Part shown: positions 26,201-33,976 of the stretch, piece by piece
Numbering within the stretch: the first letter of the stretch is position 1
Layout of the letters: every line of letters starts with the position of its first letter
DNA from: a virus
IMG/VR virus record: IMGVR_UViG_3300046542_000168
Coordinates: 43,408 to 107,407 of that record
Reading direction: 5' to 3' (one strand)
DNA: 64,000 nucleotides
Notes under the pieces: generated by a model
Seen by the model: the letters and a program-made list of their open reading frames with translations, nothing else
What the model was told of the DNA's origin: nothing
Databases searched by the model: none
Made by a program: the position numbers and the translations under genes

Positions 26201-29200
26201 TACTGCACAAGGCCAGAAACTTGACGCCTTCGATGTACGTCTCGTAGATGCTGAGGGCGATATTATCACTCAAGGTGATGCACTCACCAATCTTCAAACA
26301 ACAGTTACAACTCAAGGCAACACCATTACCTCTCAGGGTAATAACATCACTTCCTTGAACAACAACCTAACCACAACCAACAGTAACGTCACAGCCGCTC
26401 AGAATGCCGCTAACGCAGCAAACACTCTGGCTGGTGGTAAAGGTAAGGTACTTGTCCAATCGACTACTCCAGTCACTGCTGACCAGCTTGCACAGAACTT
26501 GTGGATCGATACAACAGGTGGTGCTAACACACCTAAGCGTTGGTCCGGTAGTGCATGGCTCGCTGTAACTGACAAGGTTGCTACGGACGCAGCAGCAGCA
26601 GCTTCAAGTGCATTGACGCAGGTAGCAACTAAAGCTGATTCCTCTGTTGTGTCTGCATTGACTGGCCGTGTTACAACAGCCGAAGGTTTGATTACTTCAC
26701 AGGGCAGCAGCATCACGTCATTGAACAACAGTTTAAGTGTACTTGGTGCATCTGGCGTAAACATTTTACCTGCTGAATATACAGTGTTTTCGGCAACACC
26801 ACCAGTAACAAACCTTGCAGCAGCGGTGACAACTGAGGTTGATACAGCGACATTACGTGGTTATGCATTGAAGATGGCAACAACCAATGGCACGTCTCAG
26901 ACTGCAACATTTGGTGCTGCACTTACAGCAGATTCATGTAACATTCCGTTCAAAGCACAGAAATACATCTTGTCGTATTGGGCAAAGGCTAACGTTGTTG
27001 GTCATCAGATTGCAAGTTATTTGCGTGTACTTCTTAGTGATGGTGTTACTTTCACAACAGGGCCAGCAACGCTTGTAACATTGACTGATACATGGGCACG
27101 TTATTCGGTGGTCATGGATGTATCGAACGCGACAACTTACAGCGGTATTAAAGCTCAATTGAGCTTCCAGTTTAACCGTTCTGCTGTTGCTGGTCGTATG
27201 GTGTGGTTTGATGGTATTATGCTTGAGGCTGCATTGAATAATGTGTCTACACCATCAAACTTTGTGATTGGACAAAGCTTTGACCAGAACTCAGCTACAA
27301 GCAATGCCGTATCAGCATTGACTTCAACTGTGACACAACAAGGTGACACACTAACCAGTCAAGGCAACAGTATTGTATCGCTGAATAACACGATTGGTAG
27401 TTTGGGTGGTGAAAACCTCCTGTACAACCCTTCGTTCGATAAGCCTAGTACCACTACCGGATTAGCCGATGGTTGGACATCAGGCGGAACAGCAGTTGTT
27501 GTACCTACACTCGTAGCCTCTACCTTAGACCCTGCCGGGTTCGCACAACGAGTTGATGCAACTAGCCTGAGTGCATCAGTCTATGCAGATGTGATCACCG
27601 CTGTAACTAAACGTCCAGCAGCAGTGACAGGACAGATTCATACCGTGTCGGCTTATGTTCGGGCAACGGCAGGGTGTAGTGTACGTCTTTATGTGCAGTG
27701 TGTTAACTCTGCTGGATCTGCAATTGGTACAACCACTGGGACACTAGTTACTACTGATGGAACTTGGCAGCGGATAGTTGTTACATCTAACGCAGCCCCA
27801 GCAGGTGTTGCTAAAATCTCCATTATTGCTCGTTTCTACGGAACAGCAGCAATCAATGCAGGGTTTGCGGAATGGGATCGGGCACAGCTTGAGATTTCTC
27901 CTGTAGTAACTGGCTGGAGAGATAGTGGACTTGCATTGTCGTCGGCTCAATCAGCAACTTCGACAGCAGTAGACGCTTTAACTAACCGTGTTACTGCCAC
28001 TGAAACCGCGATCACGGCATCGGCTCAAGATATCACGAGTCTAACAACAGAAGTTCACTTCCGTGAGTTGGAAGAGTTGTATGCCGGTGATGAAACAGAT
28101 GCTCAGATTGATGATACTTTGCGTATCGCAAGTGGGGCAGCAAATGCTACAACAGCCCTTACTTCAACTGTGACGCAAGTTGATGGGAAAGTTACCGCAC
28201 AAGCACAGCAAATCACTGACTTGACCGCAAGCCTTAGTACCACCAACGGCACTGTGGCAGGACAAGCACAAGCTGTATCTGATTTAACAGCGACGGTTAC
28301 GGCTCAAGGTAATACGCTGACTACACAAGCAGGCAGTCTCACTCAACTGCAAAGTACAGTTGGTGGTATTGCTGGTAACGGTTCTAACCTCCTACCGGAC
28401 ACTTATAGCTGGATCACTTCGACAACTCTACCAGCAACGGTTATGGGAACATCGATGACCCGTGTTGGTGTAGCTGTAGCAGGCTCGGTATCAGGGTTCG
28501 GCTACAAGATGACAACAGCCAGCACATCTACTGCTCAGTACATGATGCTGTCACCCACAAACGACGCCGCAGGCCGTAACGTATCACTTGAACCGGGTAC
28601 TTACCTAGTTTCCATGTTTGTGCAAGGTTCTGTCGCTGGCACTGCAAGAGTTTCACTGTTCGATGGAACGCACCGTAACTCACCAGTTCTGGATTTCACT
28701 ACAACAAGACAACGATTGACATTCATTTGTACAGTGACGAGTTCTACTCAAGCGAGTGTAATCATTTACTCGAACTTGTCTGGGCTGGCTGCTGGAGTTG
28801 ATATCACAGTTGACAGTGTGATGGTTGAAAAGCAGATCGGTACTTCCGTAGTTCCATCTCCGTTCGTAGCTGGTAGTTCGGCAGCAACATCGTCTGGACA
28901 AGCAACTGCTATTGACGCACTCAATACTTCAGTAACTCAGGTGAATGGGAAGATCGAATCAGTTGCACAGAGCGTTCAATCACTTACAGCTACGGCTCGA
29001 CAAGATGATGGCTCAGGTGATCTAGCTGACGCCCTAAACCTGTGGCAGAACACTGCTTCAATCCAGACCGAAAGTATTGCTCGTGCTGACCAAGACGGAG
29101 CAATGGCGGCTAAGGTTGAAACAATCATCGCCCAGGTGAACGACAACACTGCGTTGATTCAACAAGAGTCAGTAGCAAGGGCCACAGCAGACTCAGTAAA

Positions 29201-29738
29201 TGCTACGTACACTACGTCTGTACAGGCTAGTTTGAACAATACTAACGCAATGGTTCAAACTCAAGCAAGTGCAATCGCCACAACCGATGGCAACCTGAAT
29301 ACTCTAAACACCAAGGTAGCTGCCGCGTACAGTATCAAGTTGGGAGTTGCTTCTAACGGGCAATACTATGCTGCTGGGATGGGTATCGGGATTGAAAATA
29401 CCCCGGCTGGTATGCAGTCGCAAGTGATCTTCACTGCGGATCGCTTTGCGATCATGAACCAGACCAATAACGTAACTACATCTCCTTTCGTAGTTCAAGG
29501 CGGTCAGACAATCATCAACAGTGCAGTCATCGGTGATGCAACTATCGGCTTCGCTAAGATTGCGGACAACTTGCAATCCACCAACTTCGTTTCTAACTCT
29601 ACTGGGTGGGCACTAACTAAAGGTGGCTATCTGGAGCTAAACGGAAGTGGCGGACAGGGAAGAATCTCCATTACTAACAACGTCATCATGGTGTTTGATG
29701 CTGGTGGTGTTCTCCGTGTACGGCTAGGGCTTTGGTAA
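23271..29738 (+). CDS. central tail fibre / host specificity protein (gpJ-like)
   Basis: 2155 aa; WTNNPAW, FN3 domains, CBM-like inserts, C-terminal F.ADRFAI...LRVRLGLW. Confidence 0.93.
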   Translation: MEQVILQGHKGGDSKAHTPVEEKNTLLSKSYAKLLLAIGEGEFAGTPTAENIFLDGTPLKSAGGLDNFGGVKWDYRSGRSDQTYITGLPDISNEFAVNLALTDATPWTRLISTQQIDAVRITLAWPAVYEQKDNGDVVGYNIEYAIDVSTNGGAYAEQGKWSTNSQKTTVEYNRTHRINLPKPGTSWTVRVRRLTPNKNNGKFGDIMSVKSVAEVIDAKLRYPNTALLFLEFDAEAFGGSSIPKVSIKTKGRLIQVPSNYDPDTRVYSGVWNGTFKWAWTNNPAWVFYDLVINERFGLGARIKPDMVDKWTLYQVSQYCDVMVSNGKGGQEPRYTCNIYIQSRKEAWQVLRDIVSIFNGMLHWSGTQIVATADMPVAVNTLRTYSRSNVVEGKFIYGSTSEKTIATTALVSFDDPDNHFETAVEAVNDLNLVQRYKTWNQAEIAAMGVTSRGQAQRKGKYTMLTNSLNRMVTFKLGLEGYLPRPGEVVGVADQVLAGSNFSGRISAATIKTVTCDRVPNVVAGDILYVNKPDGTTGEGRTVQSVSGKVITVTANYSAIPTVELGWYVEKTTLKSQLYRITKVTWSDNDAKFEVTGVQYEDSKYAAVDSGARLESRPITTIPAGGQAAPTGLTISSFTYIEQTMAVTTLSVKWTPAVGAMNYEGQWRKDGGDWNNVGLTASTGFDVKGIYSGAYQARVRAINALGTKSVWVESTNTQLTGKVGAPPTLTAFTTLPEIFGIRINWAFQAGSDDGAFIQIQQADTIAGGNTTELTLVAYPAQTYVKSNMLGGVVKFFRGRLIDRTGNQGAWTAWTYGISEYGTDKILEAIVGEIKETHLGQELLTEIDKIEVIERSNELLEAQLGAAEASVAEVKAAADAAVADLNNSVTLLNGDLSALHTQVNNIKDAALYDPTKTYAKGTSARVGDRLYQAKQAVPINTSPPNTTYWLDVGQVIEEAGAVATQVGLNTVAITNQGGTLTAQGQKLDAFDVRLVDAEGDIITQGDALTNLQTTVTTQGNTITSQGNNITSLNNNLTTTNSNVTAAQNAANAANTLAGGKGKVLVQSTTPVTADQLAQNLWIDTTGGANTPKRWSGSAWLAVTDKVATDAAAAASSALTQVATKADSSVVSALTGRVTTAEGLITSQGSSITSLNNSLSVLGASGVNILPAEYTVFSATPPVTNLAAAVTTEVDTATLRGYALKMATTNGTSQTATFGAALTADSCNIPFKAQKYILSYWAKANVVGHQIASYLRVLLSDGVTFTTGPATLVTLTDTWARYSVVMDVSNATTYSGIKAQLSFQFNRSAVAGRMVWFDGIMLEAALNNVSTPSNFVIGQSFDQNSATSNAVSALTSTVTQQGDTLTSQGNSIVSLNNTIGSLGGENLLYNPSFDKPSTTTGLADGWTSGGTAVVVPTLVASTLDPAGFAQRVDATSLSASVYADVITAVTKRPAAVTGQIHTVSAYVRATAGCSVRLYVQCVNSAGSAIGTTTGTLVTTDGTWQRIVVTSNAAPAGVAKISIIARFYGTAAINAGFAEWDRAQLEISPVVTGWRDSGLALSSAQSATSTAVDALTNRVTATETAITASAQDITSLTTEVHFRELEELYAGDETDAQIDDTLRIASGAANATTALTSTVTQVDGKVTAQAQQITDLTASLSTTNGTVAGQAQAVSDLTATVTAQGNTLTTQAGSLTQLQSTVGGIAGNGSNLLPDTYSWITSTTLPATVMGTSMTRVGVAVAGSVSGFGYKMTTASTSTAQYMMLSPTNDAAGRNVSLEPGTYLVSMFVQGSVAGTARVSLFDGTHRNSPVLDFTTTRQRLTFICTVTSSTQASVIIYSNLSGLAAGVDITVDSVMVEKQIGTSVVPSPFVAGSSAATSSGQATAIDALNTSVTQVNGKIESVAQSVQSLTATARQDDGSGDLADALNLWQNTASIQTESIARADQDGAMAAKVETIIAQVNDNTALIQQESVARATADSVNATYTTSVQASLNNTNAMVQTQASAIATTDGNLNTLNTKVAAAYSIKLGVASNGQYYAAGMGIGIENTPAGMQSQVIFTADRFAIMNQTNNVTTSPFVVQGGQTIINSAVIGDATIGFAKIADNLQSTNFVSNSTGWALTKGGYLELNGSGGQGRISITNNVIMVFDAGGVLRVRLGLW

Positions 29739-29779
29739 TAAAGAGGGGCTACGGCCCCTCATTCTTTTAAGGAATTCAC

Positions 29780-30622
29780 ATGGCTTGGTACTCTACCGGG
29801 ACAATCACTGCCACTAACAATAGTGGCGCCATTACGGGTGTTGGTACACTCTTTATGGCAAACGTGAAGATTGGAGATGGTGTTACCATTGCTGGTAGCA
29901 CGTCGATTCACGAAGTTATTAACGTAACAAGCGATACGCAACTAACTGTATCGCCAGTTTATGCAGGAACTACCGGAAGTGGCAAGACTTTCGGAGTTGT
30001 TCCGGTCCAGGGGTATGTAAAGGACTTGGCTAATCAGGCTAAGTCACTACTCCTAACTTTCAGTACTGTTGGGGCAAGTGTAAGTGTAAATGCTTTAGCG
30101 GGTATTACCGGCGCGGCCAATCAGATTCCTTACTTTACATCTGGCTCCACGATGTGGACAACCCCACTGACAGCCGCTGCCAGGACGCTACTGGATGACG
30201 CAGATGTCCCAGCGATGCGTACAACTCTTGGGTTGAAGGCAGCCGCACTAGCAGACATCAAGGGTACTGTTTCTCAATCTGGGGGTGTACCTACGGGTGC
30301 GATTATTGAGACTGGAAATAATGCAAACGGTTACTACACAAAATTCGCAGATGGCACACTCATTTGCACCAACGCAGCAGGTGTTGCATCCCCGACGATT
30401 GTAGCCAATGGTTCAACTCAGTTCAACGTTAACCTTCCCTCTGCATTCGTTGCTGGAACAATCTCCGGCTGGGCTTGTGGCTACCCTATGGGATCTTGGG
30501 AGTATTACGGCACGCTCGTGGTAGTGGGTAGCGGCACTAGTGCCATGACCGTTTTCATGAGAAACGGCCCATACCCACAACAGTTCTTCGTCTATTACAA
30601 CGCCATAGGGAGATGGTACTGA
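29780..30622 (+). CDS. side tail fibre paralog 1
   Basis: MAWY..GT N-terminus; NANG.Y.KFADGT.IC C-terminal domain ending GRWY. Confidence 0.85.
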   Translation: MAWYSTGTITATNNSGAITGVGTLFMANVKIGDGVTIAGSTSIHEVINVTSDTQLTVSPVYAGTTGSGKTFGVVPVQGYVKDLANQAKSLLLTFSTVGASVSVNALAGITGAANQIPYFTSGSTMWTTPLTAAARTLLDDADVPAMRTTLGLKAAALADIKGTVSQSGGVPTGAIIETGNNANGYYTKFADGTLICTNAAGVASPTIVANGSTQFNVNLPSAFVAGTISGWACGYPMGSWEYYGTLVVVGSGTSAMTVFMRNGPYPQQFFVYYNAIGRWY

Positions 30623-31458
30623 TGGGCTGGTACAACGGCGGAACTGTCACCGCAACAAATAACAGCGGAACACTAACTGGAGTTAGTACAGCCTTCATTG
30701 CGAATGTTCGGGTTGGTGATGGCGTTACTATCACTGGAAGCACTTCCATTCATGAAGTTACAAACATCACCAGCGAAACACAACTAACTTTCTCACCAGT
30801 TTATGCTGGAACTACTGGGAGCGGTAAAGCTTACGCTATCGTTCCCGTTCAAGGGTATCCACAGGCCCTGGCCGATCAAGCAAAGTCGCTCATCCTTAGC
30901 TTCGGTAACGTAGCTGCTAACGCTTCAGTTAACGCTCTCATGGGCGTAACTGGTGCAGCAGATAGACTGCCGTATTACACCTCGGCTTCAGCAATGGCAG
31001 TAACTACGTTTACGGCTGCTGCAAGAACTCTGTTGGACGATACGACTGTTGCAGCAATGCGTACAACACTAGGTCTTAAAACATCCGCTACAGCAGACCT
31101 CATCGGTACTGTTTCTCAATCTGCCGGGGTTCCAACTGGGGCAGTAATCGAGCGTGGGTATAATGCGAATGGCCACTACACTAAGTGGGCGGATGGAACG
31201 ATGATATGTCGCCAATGGATGACATATACCAGTGTTGGTGCAGGAGCTGTTGCCACTGGAACGTGGACCTTCCCTGTAGGGTTCTCTGCCACGCCGAACG
31301 TCAATATCACAGCCGGTGGATCGGGTTGGGGGTATCTAACAACTGTAGGGTTTGAGGGCTTGCCCGGTACTACTGGAGTTGGCTACTCGTACCAAAACAC
31401 ATTCAGTTCGGCAAAGACGGTCTATCTCAGTTGTCAAGCGACTGGATTGTGGTTCTAA
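30622..31458 (+). CDS. side tail fibre paralog 2
   Basis: paralog of its neighbours; TGATG overlap start. Confidence 0.85.
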   Translation: MGWYNGGTVTATNNSGTLTGVSTAFIANVRVGDGVTITGSTSIHEVTNITSETQLTFSPVYAGTTGSGKAYAIVPVQGYPQALADQAKSLILSFGNVAANASVNALMGVTGAADRLPYYTSASAMAVTTFTAAARTLLDDTTVAAMRTTLGLKTSATADLIGTVSQSAGVPTGAVIERGYNANGHYTKWADGTMICRQWMTYTSVGAGAVATGTWTFPVGFSATPNVNITAGGSGWGYLTTVGFEGLPGTTGVGYSYQNTFSSAKTVYLSCQATGLWF

Positions 31459-31473
31459 CACAAGGATTAATAC

Positions 31474-32325
31474 ATGGCGTGGTATAACGCTGGCACATTA
31501 ACTGCCACAAACAACAGTGCAACTATTACAGGGGCTGGAACGCTGTTTCTTGCTAATGTGAGTGTTGGGGACGGTGTAACTATCGCGGGTAGCACGACTA
31601 TTCATGAAGTTACTAACGTTGCCTCTAACACACAACTTAGCATCTCCCCTGTTTACACCGGCACAACGGGATCGAGCAAGACTTATTCTATTATCCCTGT
31701 CCAGGGATATGTAAGAGACTTAGCCAATCAAGCTAAACAACTCATCCTCACCTTCTCTACCGTAGGCTCTAGTGTCAGTGTTGGTGCATTAGCTGGCATT
31801 ACGGGGGCTGCTGACATGATCCCCTACTTTACTTCCGGCTCGACAATGTGGACTACTCCACTCACATCTCAGGCACGTAGTCTATTAGCCAATACAACAG
31901 CAGCTAATATGCGTACAACTCTCGGATTAAAGGCTGCCGCTCTGGCAGACATCACTGGAACTGTCTCTCAATCTGGGGGCGTTCCAACTGGTGCGGTAAT
32001 TGAGTCTGGCACCAATGCCAACGGCTTTTATATCAAGTGGGCAGACGGGACGATGATCTGTCGTCAAATTAGTGGCTCGACAGTAACAAACAACGCTGGA
32101 GCAGGTGGCATCTACTATTCCAACGGAGTTGGATTCACCTATCCGGTAACATTCGCCGGTAACGTTCCGTGTGTGTCATTGAGCGCTCTAACCGCAAATG
32201 GTTACTTCTGCTCGACTGCTGTAGAGGGACCGACCACTACAAGCGGAATTGTCTCACGACTTACCTCGTATATTCCTACAGCCACAGGGTACGTGTGTTA
32301 CATCGCCGTTGGTCGCTGGTATTAA
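31474..32325 (+). CDS. side tail fibre paralog 3
   Basis: paralog of its neighbours. Confidence 0.85.
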   Translation: MAWYNAGTLTATNNSATITGAGTLFLANVSVGDGVTIAGSTTIHEVTNVASNTQLSISPVYTGTTGSSKTYSIIPVQGYVRDLANQAKQLILTFSTVGSSVSVGALAGITGAADMIPYFTSGSTMWTTPLTSQARSLLANTTAANMRTTLGLKAAALADITGTVSQSGGVPTGAVIESGTNANGFYIKWADGTMICRQISGSTVTNNAGAGGIYYSNGVGFTYPVTFAGNVPCVSLSALTANGYFCSTAVEGPTTTSGIVSRLTSYIPTATGYVCYIAVGRWY

Positions 32326-32342
32326 TAATTAAGGAACAAACA

Positions 32343-32633
32343 ATGAAACTAACATTTAGCCCGCAACGTCGGGACGATACACTCGCACTCATTAAAGCGA
32401 ACGATACGCTAATCATCAATGGCGAAGTTCTTGACTTCAGCCCACTACCAGAAGGTGCCACTCTACCAAGTAGCGCTGTTGGCAATGACTGGATTATCGG
32501 TGACATCACCCGCAAAGATGGACAGATTGAATTAACTCTAATTCTCCCGCACGGACCAGACGCCTCTGAAGCAGCTCGCTTCCCAGTGCCACTAATCCTA
32601 ACTGAGAATGGTGCAGTGGAGCTGCCAGTATGA
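32343..32633 (+). CDS. tail fibre-associated protein
   Basis: MKLTFSPQRRDDTL...LILPHG; RBS AAGGA. Confidence 0.7.
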   Translation: MKLTFSPQRRDDTLALIKANDTLIINGEVLDFSPLPEGATLPSSAVGNDWIIGDITRKDGQIELTLILPHGPDASEAARFPVPLILTENGAVELPV

Positions 32634-33028
32634 CTAGTATGATCGACTGGGGAAAACTGGTAACAGTTGAAGACAAGGCTGTAGAAGCCCTGGCTGCCCT
32701 AAAGAAACAAGTAGCGACAGTTCGTTACAATAATGAAGTAAAAGGAATCACCGTCTCTGGAATGTTGGTTGATACAGGACGTGACAGCCAGGGGCTCATT
32801 GCTGGAGCCTGTCTTGCAGCCGTAATTGATCCTGAATACTTGGTGAACTGGAAGTGTGTGAGCGGAGAATTCCTACCTCTTAACGCACAGCAAATCATTG
32901 GACTTGCTACGGCTGTCCGTGCTCATGTTCAAGCCTGCTTCAACAGAGAGAATGAATTGCTAACCGCCATCGAGGACAACACTTTCACAGAAAGTATGTT
33001 GACAGAAGGATGGCCGTCTAATGAGTAA
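32630..33028 (+). CDS. DUF4376-like tail fibre assembly protein
   Basis: TGRDSQ...WK...AVRAHVQACF.RE. Confidence 0.75.
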   Translation: MTSMIDWGKLVTVEDKAVEALAALKKQVATVRYNNEVKGITVSGMLVDTGRDSQGLIAGACLAAVIDPEYLVNWKCVSGEFLPLNAQQIIGLATAVRAHVQACFNRENELLTAIEDNTFTESMLTEGWPSNE

Positions 33029-33383
33029 CGGCTTTCCTCTTCCGCTTAACGTTCAATACATGAATACCGCTAAGAACTGGAAACTTCTTCAGCCTTTTAT
33101 CTTCGTTGATGAAGTTGAAGGACCGATAGACATCCCAGCTCGTTTTACCACCAATGGTCTTACCCTCCCCCGCATTCCTCTAGTGCTCGCCTTGTTCGAT
33201 AACTACGGCTTCCCAGCAGCGGTTGTACACGATTATCTGTACGACGCCTCTGGGGTAGGCCGTAAAGAATCCGATCAAGTCTTCTACCGGGCTCTCAGAG
33301 CCTCTGGTGTAGCAAGATGGCGGGCTAGCCTGATGTATGCAGGTGTAAGGGTCTTTGGCCGCTTTTACTACAAGGGGCTGTGA
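33021..33383 (+). CDS. DUF1353-like protein
   Basis: AAVVHDYLY...D.VFY.AL...MYAGVRVFG. Confidence 0.75.
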   Translation: MSNGFPLPLNVQYMNTAKNWKLLQPFIFVDEVEGPIDIPARFTTNGLTLPRIPLVLALFDNYGFPAAVVHDYLYDASGVGRKESDQVFYRALRASGVARWRASLMYAGVRVFGRFYYKGL

Positions 33384-33961
33384 TGGCTAAGGCAACTTAT
33401 ATCAACGCCACTACTGGCGGCAACTGGGTTGATATCGTAGCGGGTGAATGCACCATTGCATCGCTCGTTATGAACGCAACCTCTCAAGATACAATCGTCG
33501 CATTGCGGATTCTTAAGGGAGGTACAACACCGTCTCTGGTTATCCCGTGCAACCTGTTAAAGTATAACGCTCCGCACAGACCAGCAGTAGGTGGGATCGC
33601 TCTTAAGCCAACAGATAAGCTGCAATGCTTGTCTGAGTATCCTGTCGATTGGATTACCACGACCATTACTGGTACTGCTTACAACACCCTGGTTGCAATC
33701 TCCCCCGCTGGTAAGGCATGGACAACTCTTGTTAGCGGACCTATTACCGTCCGGGCAATATTTGCGTGCGTACCGAATGGCGGGGTTGTAGGAATTCGAC
33801 TCCACAAGACAGCTTCTGATGCAGCAGTTGTCCTGGCAGAGGATGTTGCAGCAGCAGGCTCTAAACGGCTAGTTACCCCCATCGTCCTAGCTACAGGGGA
33901 TTCAATTCAAGTTCAAAGTACAGAAAGCGCCCAGTGGATTGCGACCGGCGTGGGCACATAA
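33380..33961 (+). CDS. putative virion protein with internal two-fold repeat
   Basis: two similar ~95-aa beta halves (W..IV.G..TI...L...D.LQ..S..P..WI). Confidence 0.55.
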   Translation: MMAKATYINATTGGNWVDIVAGECTIASLVMNATSQDTIVALRILKGGTTPSLVIPCNLLKYNAPHRPAVGGIALKPTDKLQCLSEYPVDWITTTITGTAYNTLVAISPAGKAWTTLVSGPITVRAIFACVPNGGVVGIRLHKTASDAAVVLAEDVAAAGSKRLVTPIVLATGDSIQVQSTESAQWIATGVGT

Positions 33962-33976
33962 ACAAGGAATAATAAC

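Noticed and set aside
7063-29738. Introns, inteins or homing endonucleases in terL, MCP, TMP or J
   Set aside because: The ORFs are uninterrupted, with no intein termini or HNH/LAGLIDADG motifs noticed.
29780-32325. Diversity-generating retroelement or shufflon acting on the fibres
   Set aside because: No reverse transcriptase or invertase in the window; differences are not adenine-specific; all copies are complete and co-oriented.
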